Source: Ptychomitrium polyphyllum
Lineage: Eukaryota
Assembly: GCA_973851085.1 (NCBI GenBank)
Contig: OZ316775.1
Location: 3,100,001 to 3,164,000 of the forward strand
Reading direction: 5' to 3'
DNA length: 64,000 nt
Under the pieces are notes generated by a model. The model saw only the letters and a list, made by a program, of their open reading frames with translations, was not told the DNA's origin and ran no database searches. The position numbers and the translations under genes were made by a program. Positions 1 to 14,000 of the stretch are shown piece after piece (positions within the stretch are counted from its first letter, which is position 1; each line of letters begins with the position of its first letter).

Positions 1-2283
1 CGCCCACCTTCTTCTGACTCAGGTCTATGTTATCCTTTTACACCTTTCTCTGCCCTTCATGATACTATCAGCCAGGCCCCCTCTATCCTTCCATAAAGTG
101 TATACTTCTGCTGCTTTTCTATTCCATTCAATTTTCTGGACCTCAATTTTGTGCGGTCCATTCTCATCATTCCTACCCAGGTAAATATCATCGCTAATTT
201 AAAATTGTATTTAATACCATCAATTCTAAATATGATATTAAATCTTGCCAAGATACTATATCTAAACCACTCACCTAGCATCGCTACCAATAAATGTTGA
301 TAAACTTTTGATTGGAACAACAAAACATTCTACAGATCATTCATGAAAAATGTCATCTAAAAAATAATTCATTATGATACTAAATGCCATATGATACTAA
401 TTATAAACTTGGTGCACATAATAACTTTTAGCTAAATGATGTTGCACTATAATGAACAACACTTAAATAGTACGGCTGAGCTTCTTTAAAGTTTACGTCT
501 TTAAATGTTATAATGCCTTAGTTCTTCTCTTTTTAATATTCTTAAAAAACATACACTTTCAAATGTTTTATATTAAATTATATATGGCTTAAGAGAATCT
601 ATGATCTCTCCTTTGTAATTCCACCCTTGATAAATGTGACTTTATAAATTTTTACTAATATATAATATTTGTATTAATATATATTATATACAAATAGTCA
701 TTTGTATGTGCAATTACATGAAAATGAATAAATTTAGAATTAAGACTTAGCAAAGCTTTAAATTTAGTGCATTCACCAAAGAACTATTGATAAGTATTTT
801 CCAATAGTATAATTACTAATGTAATAGTTTTTTAATCATTATGTTATTCCATACTTACTACTTATCATTGATGATTGTTATTTTTGCAACTTTCACCCTT
901 GATAAATGTTATTGACACAAATGCAATTTTATAAAAATCGACCTTCTTCATTTGTTATGTGCTATATTTTTTTAAATGTTAATTTTTCATGCTCTAGAAG
1001 CCTAACAATTAAGGAAGGGTGATTATATTCCATTCATTCTTTAAACGTTAAATTTCATTCAACATTAAGTAAACTAAAAATCCAATCAAAACGTTCCATT
1101 ATATTAATAGTATAGGTTCATTTTGCTAAAATTGTTATGCACACGTGACAAGTGGGATTTCAAAAAAGAATATAATAGCCACAAAAAAATGTTGTTATCA
1201 ACAATTTATTTTCATAAAAATCATTTAAATAAGAATTAAATTCTATTTGTTATCACTTATTTCCATTCTAGAACTTGTAGTTAAATGATTTCATAATATG
1301 TAGCTTAAGTATATGTAGCTTGCCTAAAACATTATTTCATTGATAGCAACAAAATTGTATAAAAATATTCATATTCAAAAAACAAAGGATGTGGATGAAT
1401 TTCTAATGTGAAGGCCTAATGAATAATGATCATTCTTCTCTTCTATATATTCCCAAAAAAAAAAAGGAGGTTTTTGAATCCAAGTTCTTATCAAAGTTTC
1501 AAAGATACTATATAAAATTAAAACCTACTAATACCTTGCAACTAATGACTTAATTTGTTACAATTTTACTTCAAACTATTAGATTGAGCTTAGATTTCTA
1601 CAACATGTATTAAACTCTTTTGAATCTTTTGAATTTTTTTTGCTTAATTGGAAATGTAATACAAAATTTATGCTTATTAAAAGGTAAAAACATTAAAAAA
1701 CATACAATTGAGGTTAATTTATACCTCCAACTCATTTCAACTATGTCTTTTCAAATGACTTTTTATTTTTGCTTCCAACTAATTAGTTTGTTATGATTCT
1801 TGATTTACCCATTGGATTGAGCTAAAAATTTATTAGAGTTTCCAATGAAACTCTTCAACATCAATAAACTTTGTTATAAAATCCTTATAGTTGTCATAAG
1901 TTGGGAACATGAAAAACATAGAGTTGAAGTTAGTTGAGGATATCTCATGGGGAGTAGGTTTGTCCCTTGAGGCTTCACATTATGAGCAGGGAAGCTTGTC
2001 ACCTTGAACCAACTGCCATAGTGTGAGTTGCTCCTAAATAATACAGAGCACATACAGAGCATATAGAATATAGAGGAGAAGTCAATGTTATTTGTTGATC
2101 GATTTTAACTCCTATTTATCATGGCAAGCTAACCAGTAACATTATAAGCAGGCATTGACAGTGGGATTGCTGTCATTGTTGGCAGTCTTTCAACATTGCT
2201 GGTTTTGGTGCTGCAGCTGGTCATGGGAGCAGAGCTATATAGGGCCTGAGTACTCTTCCAACCAAGAGAAAAAGAACTGAATG

Positions 2284-2383
2284 NNNNNNNNNNNNNNNNN
2301 NNNNNNNNNNNNNNNNNNNNNNNNNNNNNNNNNNNNNNNNNNNNNNNNNNNNNNNNNNNNNNNNNNNNNNNNNNNNNNNNNNN
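2284..2383. other. Assembly gap (100 N)
   Basis: Run of exactly 100 n characters; the true gap size is unknown. Confidence 0.99.
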
Positions 2384-2901
2384 CAATAATTTAATTAATT
2401 TGTTAATCTTTTATAATTTCTTATTATAAATTTGTTCAGCAAATGTACACCCAACTCCACAAAATGAAAATTTATTTTAGTTTGATTAAAATTTGTTAAT
2501 TGGAATAAAAAAACATCTCAAAAGTCTAATGTTTGTTAGTCTTGTATATTCCATTCAAATGTTATAAAGTATTGATTTCATTAGTCAATCTTGTTGAAAA
2601 ATATTTTTAAAGTTTAAAAAATTTGTAATTCCAAGACTTGTACCATTATATTGTAATAATAGATGCTTTTGTTTTCAATATGATTCAATGACTCACAAAA
2701 TCGTCTCACAATTTGCTTAAATGCCAAACTTTCTTCAATGTCTCCATTTTACTTCTTTCAATTCACTTGCCCTTTAGTACTAACAATTAGTAGCATCTTC
2801 TAACTATATATTACAAAAATCAAAGTGATTGTGCTAATGGATAAAAACTTAGTTGGCAAATTGCAAACAAGAAGCACTGAGATAATTTTATAACTTGTAA
2901 A

Positions 2902-5096
2902 TTAATACTTTATTGGGCCTCCCTAATCAAAATTATTGCCACGCAAGGCGCCATGTTGTCCATGAGATTGAGGATCACATTGTTATTAATCTCTTTCCAC
3001 TTCCTTTCAATCCTCTCATATAGTTCAAATATGCCACTTGAATACATTACCTTAAAGTTCAGTCGATACTTCAAATGATTCCATATATGCTTAACAAAAT
3101 TAAAAGTAAAGAACTATGCTGGTGCTATGATGTGTTTAATTGTACAATTAAAACTTAGCTATTATTTATTATTCTATGGATTTTGATTAGAAAATGAATA
3201 TTAGAAGAAAAAAAAAAATTAGTAAAAAGGGTTGTAGTCAAACCACAATTTTATTTGTCTTAAAGCTGAAACCACATCTTATTTTAGCTCATGATGAATA
3301 GGTCAGTTGATCTATTTTTGTGCTTGCCATTCTTGCTAGCAATATCAAGCCAAATGTCGTTGTTTTAATTAATGAATTCATTAAAAATAGAACTTGGACC
3401 AATTTAGCAATTGGAACTTATGCAGTCAATCAAATTCATGATTTGATGTCTGATCTTACCTCAACAACACCTTTATTCTTAACTTGTTTCTTTTTTCCTA
3501 CATTGGATTTATAAATGATGGTTTTGTTTTCCTTTGTAGTTTAAACCTATGAATTCCAATCCAAAAAAAAAAATTTAAACAAAAATTTAGATTGTTTTTT
3601 ATGAAAATATGAAGAGATAGAGATTGATGTGAAGAAATAAGGGCCTGATGTGGAAAGATAAAGAGCGGATGTGGTTGTTTAACCACCTCCATTTTCTTTT
3701 CTCTTAGCTTCTTCCGCTTATTTAAAAGACATCTTTTCTTTCAGCAATAACTCATTGTATACTTCTTACTTTGGATTTATTATTGCTGGATGTGTTTTTT
3801 TTCTTTTGTAAACTCTTTAAAAAGCCATCATAAGCTCCATTTGGAATTAGTATGTGATTGTAATATTAATTTGAATAAAGCTAAGTCAACTACCTTCAGT
3901 TTTGGAGTATAACTATTTTTATTATTTCAAAATGATAGTATAAGAATTTAAAGAGTAAAAATCCTCTATAATAAGAGATATAAGAGAAAGTATAACCAGG
4001 ATTTTGGGAACCAATACACGGCAGACTTTTGGTAGCACATTTTGCTTGATAGAAGAAATTAGAAAAAGAATTTGAGTGTAAAATTTGATTGATTTGTAAT
4101 TGACAAGACAATTAAGGCATATGTTGAATTTGAAGTCTTGATTAAAAGTTATTAGGGAAATATGAAAACTAAAAGTGGCAAGGGTGTAAAATCAATGGTA
4201 ATGAATAGAAATTTGTATTATACTATCTTGTTGTTGTTGAGTGATTAGTAGCAGCTAGATATCTAGTGTTTTTTCAAGGCAATGCTCTTTTACCACAATT
4301 TCAACTATTGTAGAATTTGCAGCTCTAATTCTTGCATGTAAACTTTGGCCACTTTAAATGTGTACTTAAAATTATTATTTTACTGAAAGATGACATGTTT
4401 GACATCTAAGATATAATATGCTAAGGTATTTATTAATTTTTCTTTAAGAATAGAACAATATAGATCATCATTTGAGTTGTCTTCTATCTTGATAAGATAT
4501 CTAACATCTCTTATAATGATGCATTTTGAAACCATCATAAATTTGCTATCGTACTTAATAGATGCATTATATATTTGGTCGGATAGCGCTTTATCCTGTT
4601 GCTTCTAGTACTACACTTAAACATCAAAGCAAAGTATATTGATCTTTATATTGCCAATTCAAAAGAACTTGCACTAATCGTCAATGGTCCAAGCTTTGTA
4701 ATGCTACGCAAATTCTAGATGCACTCGACAATGGCAAAGCAAGAGTAACAGCCTTTTGGCTTGTGGTGCTATTTACAAACTACCTTCTTTAAATGTCCTG
4801 AAGATTATCTCTATGCCAAAGTTGATATTCATTGTTTTTGTTAGGTTGGTGGACGTTTATGCAGCTAGGTTGCATTTATTAGAAGTGATATTCAAATTTG
4901 CATCCACTTGTAAGCATTTAAAAGTGGCCGCATGCATCTTAGCAAAAGGGGTGACGCGCTCCCTAACATTCTTTTTGCATATGTAGCTGACGATTGTTGA
5001 ATTTATACTAATCTTTGTTAAAAATTTTATCACCAATAGGCCTCCTTAAGACAATTGCACTCTGGCATTCTTCTTCTCTACAAGAATTGCTTTCAT
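2902..5096 (-). pseudogene. Tc1 transposase pseudogene in two pieces (5096-4305 and 3122-2902)
   Basis: Minus-strand translation: MKAILVEKK...HLEFA*HYKAWTIDD*...LYCSILKEKL...VIFQ*NNNFKYT...LQILQ* | PA*FFTFNFVKHIWNHLKYRL...ELYERIERKWKEI...NLMDNM...GGPIKY*. This follows the Tc1 consensus (LEFA..H..WT..DW; FQQDNDPKHT; WPAQSPDLNPIEHLW; GG.TKY*). There are 34 residues between the inferred second D and the E. Confidence 0.85.
3123..4304. mobile_element. Unclassified ~1.18 kb insertion inside the Tc1 transposase
   Basis: Separates the inferred W codon (4305-4307) from the next P-A-Q codons (3122 downward). It starts with TG and ends near CA, but no clean TSD was found. Confidence 0.55.
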
Positions 5097-8000
5097 AGCA
5101 TGCAGATATGGCTTTGAGTATGCAACGCATTGACAATTTAGTTCAAGTAAAGACAATAGTGAACAATTTTGTGTATTGGTGAAGAATGAACGAGCAATGC
5201 GCAAACTAGTAGTAGTGAATAGGATTAGAAATAACAATGAACAAAGATGGCACGATGTTAAGTAGCAAAGAAAGGAGCAATAGAGGTGGCAAGAGTGGTT
5301 ACAATTATATTTCAATAGGATAGCAATGTATAGAATCCTCACACTTCAACCACAATTCTAGTCACCAAACAACAAGCTATTGAAAGGTACATCTAGAATT
5401 TTACTTAAAAAGATTAATGGATATTTTTTATTTATTACCAACTAAAGCATGATTATATAAGAAACTTAGAACATTGAGACAATTTTGTGAGTCATTGTGA
5501 TTTTGAAGAAAAAATAGAATTGATTTCTCTCATTTGTGGCTGTAATATTTGGATCTTAAGAATTAAATAAGTATATTACCACTTTTTTTTTATAATTATT
5601 AGCTAAGAAAATCCTTATAAATAGTAAATACATATTTATCAACCATCAAATGAAAATGAAAATGGATATAAAAATGATGTATAGAGTTGAAATAGAATGA
5701 AATGGATTCTTAAAGTACTAATCATAAAAAAAAAGGTGAATTTGATGAAAAGTACATAATCAACATGGACTTAGCACATGGTGTTTTTATGATTAAAATC
5801 AAATGATATTTCTTATAATAATCATAGTTTCTAATTTTTCTTTGGTTGATTAATGTGCAAATCTAGTAGTGATTTATAGGCTTTTTAATACTGCAAAAAC
5901 TTCTTCAATTTTTGGTGTATCTTAGGTAATTTATTGCCTTTATTGAATGAAAAAAATATATATATTTGAATCATATTGGCATTAATGAAAATGCCTAAAT
6001 ATAAATTTTAAAACTTTTGCAAGATACAAAGCAAAACATTGTTGATGTATAGATATTAAATAGTCAAACTTTACCATATTATATATTTCCACATAAAGTT
6101 TTCTAGAAATTATTATAAACATCCACTTCCAAGAATATATATCCATCCTTAAAACAAGTAAATTTAAACAAGTATATCAAAGCAAATTTAATTGAAGCTT
6201 CAAACCATATATAAGCTTATGTCATCAAGTTTAACTTCCATATGCATTAGTTGGTGCTACGTTTCAAAGTAAAAGTAAGTTCTCTGAACTGGGAATTTTT
6301 TATATTTAAGTATGTTTTAAATGATGATTTCGTATGAAAGGCTTTAGAAGACACACACCATTGTGTAACAGTAAATTATATTCTTTGAGTTCACTTGTGT
6401 AGTATAATAAATTGTATTATATTTTCATTTATAAACCTATTAGTAAACAAGAAATAATGTCACCTATTTAAATAATTGTATTATAGTCAAAAATATTTTG
6501 TGATTAAAAATTGTCTTGTAATTAAAACTAAATTAGATATTATATTTTCAAGTATTTACTTCATATACCATTTGTAATCTAATATGACTAAGTTTTTATC
6601 AAACTTTTGAAGTACTTCTGATAACTGCATACTCAAATTCCAACTATCTATACATGTATGAATTCTATTAACATGCAAGAATTTGAAATGAAGTTTTATA
6701 GAGATCATGATCTCATAATATGAGATGAATTTTTAAAAATCAAAACTCATGGTCCTTTTCAATCCAATATAATTTGTCACTTCATAAATATAATATTAAT
6801 TTTGTTTGTTTTCAAATGAATTTCACCAAAAATTCATTGAGTTTTTGGTTTAATTCCACAAGATTATCCTAAATAACGAGTATTAGATCTTTCCTTTATT
6901 TTTAGAACATTTGGACATTTGAACATCTAGAATACAATCAATCTGTAAAAATTGATTTTGATTGATTTTTGACTTGAAAATATTGTTGAAAAACACAAAA
7001 TAATAACCTATCCATAAAGCAATATGGACTCTTAAGGCTGAAAGTAGTTACGGTTTGCAATGAAATTTTTTTTCATTTTTTTGTGAGATACATGTAAGCA
7101 TAACAAAATACATGTATCATATACTTTGGTGAATTCCAACACACCAACAAGGTGAGTGAACTCATTTTGGTTGCAATAAGAAATTCTTATGAAAGAAACC
7201 ATGATAACTTCATTAAAAATTAATTTTCTTATGTAAGCATTTGAAAATGAAATTCATCCTCATAATTAATAATTTTTGGAACTAAAATGAATGAGTTCTG
7301 AAGCACCAAAGTATATTATAAAAGTGGTATTAATGTGGGCAATAAAAACACCCAAAGTGCACAAACAATCTCATACATCAATAAATCAGGATGAAAGGTT
7401 GGATTGATAGAAGCTGACCGTTTCAAATGATCCATGTTGTTAACACCATGTTGTTATGTGCCTCTGCTTCATGACCGTCACTAATCAATCAGGTAACCTA
7501 TTCAGTTCTGCTGCTGTTATTCTTATACTCTTTCTTGTCAAGTGATTGTCCCTGATGGTGCTGAATTGGAGGCAGGGGGCAGCACTTTCAAAATTATTGG
7601 GGTCTGCAAGCTGGCTACTAACTAGTTTGAGCCCTTCTGAGCTGTGTTTGATGAATGATGGGGACTGAGCTTAGATGTAAAGTGAAGTAGGTGGCAAGCC
7701 AGAGTCAGGAAGATGGTGGACTGTTTCCATCCACACCAGATGGAAGGAGAGCAGTAGTGTAGTATTCATCAAGCAACTGTCCCATTCTGAAGGGAGAGAA
7801 AGAGGACTACTGGGGTTATGGTGGCTGGACCAAGTCGGTGGGTTGGTCCAAGGGCCTCACCTTGCCATCCACGCTATGCACTCACCTTGGTCTCCTTTCC
7901 TGTGACATACTCCATTGGACCACTTCCAATCCCTTTTCAAAAGTCAAGTTTCCAGTGCAATAGCTCACCTACATGAAAAATGGACATGATAACAAAATTC

Positions 8001-11000
8001 TATGTTTCAGTAACTTGTATCATACTTTGCTGTGGTGGTCCAGTAATTCCAATGAAGTCCACAGCCATTGTGGCCTTGGAAAGTACAGGTCATGGAATTT
8101 TATAGTTGAATGGATTTCTTTTCAATGTCATCTAGCAATATGGTCAATCATTCTCTCACAAGGTATATATTGTATTGATATGGTTCTAAAAGAGGTTTTC
8201 TACACCAACCCTGCATGTAGGAGATAATTCACACAGAAAGGTGTATCACTACAAGAGGTTTTGGCATGCATAGTCAAAGCTTTGGGGGTCCCATTCCGGG
8301 TCTACTAGCATTGCTTGCAAGTGCTGCCCTCCAACCTACAGCTATGGAACATTTATGAAAGGGAACTGTAATGTTTTACTTCCAAAAAATTGGAAGCTGT
8401 GCATATCAACTGTATAGTGCATATCTTGGTCTCATCTGAACCCAGGCTTCTTCCATCATACCTGGCACAGGAGCATGCAGAAGTGTGTCCAAGCACACTT
8501 TAAAGGTTAGGGTAGAGGTTCATAACATGGTAGTTGTGTGAAATGCTCACCTGCTATTCACTTCATTATAGTTTTATGAGAATCCAAATCCTTCTCTTTT
8601 TTGACACTTTCTTTTAGCACTTTATAAGTTATTTGTATTAGCCCCAGAAATAATAAAACCACGTTGCTGAATTCCATTTCAAATGCTAAAGTTAAAAGAA
8701 TAATTTTAATAAAACTCTCAAAATTTTTAATATAGGAATATACTTACTTCAATTACAATACCATATATGCTAATCTACCTTAATCAACCTTTTTTTGTTA
8801 TCATTTATGAAATTTTATTGCTACAAATTAATGGATAATTAAAGAAACAAAATTTCTATTTAAATATTTTATCTAAGCTTCATTCTTAAATAGAAGCTTA
8901 TATTGCCATTTAGACTTTCACCTTAAAAGAATGTCTAAACATACTTGACAATGACATGATATTTTGAAAATTCATGAAATAGATGTTCAATTCATTTATT
9001 GAATCTTTATTGAATTTTTATCTTTCAAATGATACTTTCAATATTGTTCTAAAATGCTATATATTCAAGTGCCAAAATCGTATTTTTTAATTAATTATTT
9101 TTATTAACAAAAATTACATTGTTTCTACTATATAAAGTATTTTTATTTGTGTATATTCCAATATAAGTGTGAAATTTAATATTAATCCCAATTCTAGTAG
9201 AAATTATTCAATTTGGTATAAGAATGCAATAAAACAATGATATTTAAATTTTGATTTTTTGAAACAAACTATTCTAAAAACATTTAAATTTAGATTATTA
9301 CATTTCTTTAAATACCAAATGAAATTCAAATTGACTTAGGTAACACTAATTTAATATTAGTATTAACTATATTATATCAACATTACTACAATTACTAAGG
9401 CCTATATTTTATTCTAATTCTATAATTACTATAATAAACCTTTGTTATTCTATTCATAGTGATAGTAAAAAAATTGATGTATTCTAATACTATCTATTTT
9501 AAAAAATAGAAATAAATTCTAAAATGCCAAAATCTAATATCTATGCAAAAGTTTATGTCTCAATTATTGAATTAATGACATGTGTCAAAATTTCATCCAA
9601 CTTAATAACAACTTGCCAAAATTGACCTTGGAGTAAAGTGTTTGTTAATAGTGCAATAAATAAAATATATTATTACTAATTTTTTACAAAAGATTCTTTG
9701 AAAATTCCTAAAATATCAAATGTTTTTGATAAAGTTATATGTATTGTGATGTATAATTTTGCAGCTCCATTTGAGACTATTTCAAAAATAAAGATTTGAA
9801 GCATGATAATCATTAACATTATTATTTTTGCCAAATTATACCCTTCTATAAATTACAAATTTGCAAGGTTATTATTTCTGCTTAATAATAACACAAATTT
9901 TGTAAATTAGAATTTTGAATTATTTTAGAACTTTCATTATTGATGATGCTTAAATTTTTTTCCTCTAAATCTTTATTGACTAACTCAATTATAGATCTTT
10001 CTACTATTAAAAATAATCCAACATTTTGTTGCAACCAAATATGAGTTCCACAAAGTTTTGTGGATTAATAATCTATCCTTCCTTTGAATTGGGTTTATTT
10101 ATCTTTACGTATACTTTCAAGGGTCAAAGATAATAAATGGTGAAGTGGATGTTTTTCTAAGAAAATGTTCTTGCTCCTGTAGAATAGCGATAGAGCCATT
10201 GTAAGGCCACATAAGGCCAACAGGAATGAATCCTTGGACCACCTCTTTGTTTTTGGGTACTTATATGTTGACAATGTTTGCTCAAGATAATGCACAAGCT
10301 ACCAAGCTCAAACATTACATGGCCAATATTTGATCCTATGGATTTGTTTAAGCAAAACAGAGATGTTAAACTATGTGAATGAGGCTGTTCATCACACAAG
10401 CTATGGCTTGATCCATGTGTGAACCACCTTATCATCAATCCTAAGCGTTATCCCTAATTTCAGCCAAACAATCTTCTCTCCATCAAACAGCTCAGAGCCT
10501 TCCCTCCCAGTTTCTGCCATCTTCTCCTTATATGCTCATTTTGATGTTGGTTGTGATCCATATGATGTATAGCTTACTCTTATTGTTTTTCAAATTCTCA
10601 ATTTTGAAGTCAGTTGATGGCAATTGATCTTGTTTGTGTTGGTTATGATCCCCATTTGTATGTATCTTTTCCTTTGTTGCAGTCTTTAGCCGTTTTCCTC
10701 ACATAAACAAATCTTCAAATCCATTTTGTCTTTCTAACCTTAATACCAGTATGTTTGTGATGTAGATCAATGCAAAATATAAACAAACGACCAAATTGTA
10801 TCCTGCCCAAAATTTTGTGCCCTTAATTGACTAGTGCTTCAGGAAGACATGGATAAGAATTCAAATCTAATAGCAGTTATATAAAGTGATTCACTGGCAC
10901 AAAGGGAAGTGAAACTTATGAAAGCTTTATAATCATTCTGACATACATACACTGAAATGGAACTAAGCTTTGCAATGATCTATCTGGTACAAGTCCATAC

Positions 11001-14000
11001 CACCCTCAAACTCCAAGCACCTCAGGACACATAGTTCAGAATAGGTAATCAATATGGGGCACTTACTCAACCAATGAAATTTACTTCAAGTCATATTAAT
11101 GACATGCAATTCACATTCATCTACAGTCACAAATAAAGTTTGAGTAAAAACATAAATGCATTATTGATGTATACTTCCTACTGGACATTCAAATGAATGG
11201 TTAAGGATTGTAATTGTTTTGTTACTTTGGCTTAATTGTCCCACTGTTGGTTTTCATGTATGATTTGAGGAGACTGTCCAAAATGCTTTAAAGGGTGAAC
11301 CAGGAGAGATTTTGAGAAATGGATGCACAACAAGGAGAGCATGATTATAGTAGAGTGAAAAAAAACAGGACTGCAGAAAAATGGAGTTTGGAAAAAGGAT
11401 CCAAAGTCAATGAGGAGTTGAAGACTACTGTATCCCTTTAAGGGTCCAACAAGCCTGCCTTGTTCTCCCCTGGCTCTCCACGCCTGTGCCTGGGCTCATA
11501 GTTCTCTACCTTTGATCCAATACTGTAACCAAATAATCATTAAAAAACTTTTTTTAAAACTGAAAATTGTTTAGAATATAATGCTTACAGTTAACTTCTT
11601 TTTAGCCATTTTAAACCATTTATTTTCAAATATCAAGTATTTAATTTTAAAGGAATGAGTCTAATATTCAAAATAAAAAATGTCTAGTTGATATTGGACC
11701 AGCAAATTTTCTATGTGGCTATGGTAGTTCATGAGCTTCAAAGACTTTTCCTTAAGTTAGAAATAATACCACATCTATTGTATTTCTTGAAACGATCTAA
11801 CATGTCCTAAAGAAATGCTTGGATTATAGAATTATATGTTATGTAGGAAGTCAAAGCATGAGATGGAAGGTTTCAACAACAAAATATGTGTTAAGTAACC
11901 ATCAATTCTTAGATGAAAATAAGAATGAAATGAATGATTTATATGGGCATTGTATTAAAAATATCTAGGCCAAAACTGACAAAGAATATTGAAAAATTTG
12001 GTGGAAGCTCTGATGAAGCATTGGCATGAACAAACTAATACTTTACTAAGAATATAATTAGGGTGAGTGCTTGTTAATATCTTGTTAATGTAACATTTTT
12101 TAGTTGAATGACCTTACACCACAATAAATAATACTAACATAGTACTCTTCATTTTCTTGAAGTGTTAAACTTTACTAAACTTCATGTGCAATGCCATTAA
12201 ATATATGGCTAAATATTTTGTGAGGTAGTATTTAAATATGCTATGAATTATTGTATGCGACTCTTCCAATATGCATGAAGCTCACCAAGTTTTGTAGCAA
12301 TGCATGATAACTCAATAAATCATTCCACTAGAAGTACTAGTAATATTAAATTTTGAAAGTTAATTCATTGGGTCCTGTGGGTGCTCAAATTTGAATATAA
12401 GTACTGCATTGAACTTTAAAAGAAATAATTGATGTTGTAATCCAATTTATTGATAGCAACATGATCAAATTTACTCTGACCACTTTAGTTGTAGAATATT
12501 TTAGTGCAGTAGCAAATGTTCACAAATTCAATGAAAGCAGCATCTACTAGTATGAAACAGATGAAAAAATGTAGTAAAGAATAATAGCAGTAGGTACACT
12601 GCACGTAAGAATCTTGTAGATTTATACATTTTAATTGGACAAAAAGCCTAAACAATAGCATGTTGATATCATAATTGACTAGTTGTTTAACCTCTAAAGT
12701 CTGAAGGTCAATTGTTCATAGGATGGACTTTATAGGATTTTAGATTGGCTTCCACAATGTTAATTTTAAATGTAGTTTTGAATTATATTTAAAGATGGAA
12801 TAATGTACAATTTTTGCTCAATGTGATTTATCTCACACTAAAAAGCAAGAATAAAATGTAATGATGTTTTAAGAAAATATACTTATAAGATAACTTGGAG
12901 AAAGATATTACATTCATTAATTACTTCTAAGATCTTGTACACAAGAAATAAATATAACCTTCTTTAAGATTGTTATACAAATTCTTTTTATAATAAAAAC
13001 TTTCATTTCAATAAGAATAAATTTTTTATGACAATAGCAAAAAGGGCGAAAAAATAAGCACTTTCTATCACATGTTTGATGGTAGAATTAAGAAGTTTAT
13101 AGTTTATTTTTTTGATTCCCTTATTCCAAAAATAAGTAGATATCTTTATATTAACCATATGAATTGATGTTTTTGAAGAAATTTAATTATTTAAAAAATA
13201 AAATGGGAATGAACAATATTTTGGACCTTTGTCTTTTATAGGATTCTCTTACATGTCACATTCTTCTCCTATATTTTAAAATTAGTACTTACATATCCAA
13301 CATGGTCAAAGTTGATCTTTTTTGATAGAATGCAAAAAGTTGATTTGTTTTTCTTTTGGAATTCTTTAATCTTTTAATCTATGTAGTCTATTTTGCTAAG
13401 AACAAACTTATTCAATTTTTGATAGTCTAATGGAAAATGTTTTAGCTAAAGGTGAAAGAATTCATTTTTATTTGTTTTAAAATTTTACACTAACAATAAA
13501 ACTTTGAAGATTTATTGTAAAGCTTCCAACATATGCCCTCCTTCCTTCCAAATTTTCAATCAACATCCATTCTTAACCATCTTGCAATTGGATGATTTTA
13601 ACATTTACAAACCTTCAATTGTAGAAAAGATGAAGATTTTTGTATAAACTTATAAATAGATTATATTAAATGAACGTCTTTAAGTTTTCATCCCATTTGA
13701 TCTTCTTTCCATTTTGCAATTTCAATTGAACAAGCTACTTTCAAATATCAAGTGTTACAGACTGTAAGGAAGAGAAGATGAAATCATTTTTTTGGTTTAG
13801 AAATAAATATACTATGAAATATTTAAGTGAAACTTCATAAAACTCATGATAGAACGGAAGGATCTCAAAGCTGGTTACTAAAAGATTGAACGTTATATGC
13901 ATAATTATAAATAGGGAAAATGTCTTTTTGGAACTGAGTCAATGCAACTAAATCAATGAATGCTTCATGAAATATCATGTTGGCTTGATTTTTGGAGATC

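Larger units (their letters stand above)
2686..5497 (-). mobile_element. Degenerate full-length Tc1-like (DD34E) DNA transposon, interrupted by a ~1.2 kb insertion
   Basis: 23-bp terminal inverted repeats caatgactcacaaaatcgtctca (2686-2708) and tgagacaattttgtgagtcattg (5475-5497), one mismatch. They enclose a decayed Tc1 transposase. The element is ~1.63 kb without the insertion. The flanking TA target duplications are not intact. Confidence 0.85.

Noticed and set aside
1440..1800. Possible copia gag remnant on the minus strand (VTN*VISCKVLVG, ETLIRTW)
   Set aside because: Needs several frameshifts, and no LTR, PBS or pol sequence was recognised; too weak to call.
2129..2386. ORF-track entry with a poly-X start
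   Set aside because: Artefact of the 100-N gap.
7826..7850. Hairpin tggaccaa...ttggtcca as a miRNA or structured RNA
   Set aside because: The stem is only 8 bp, and no conserved plant miRNA sequence was recognised nearby.
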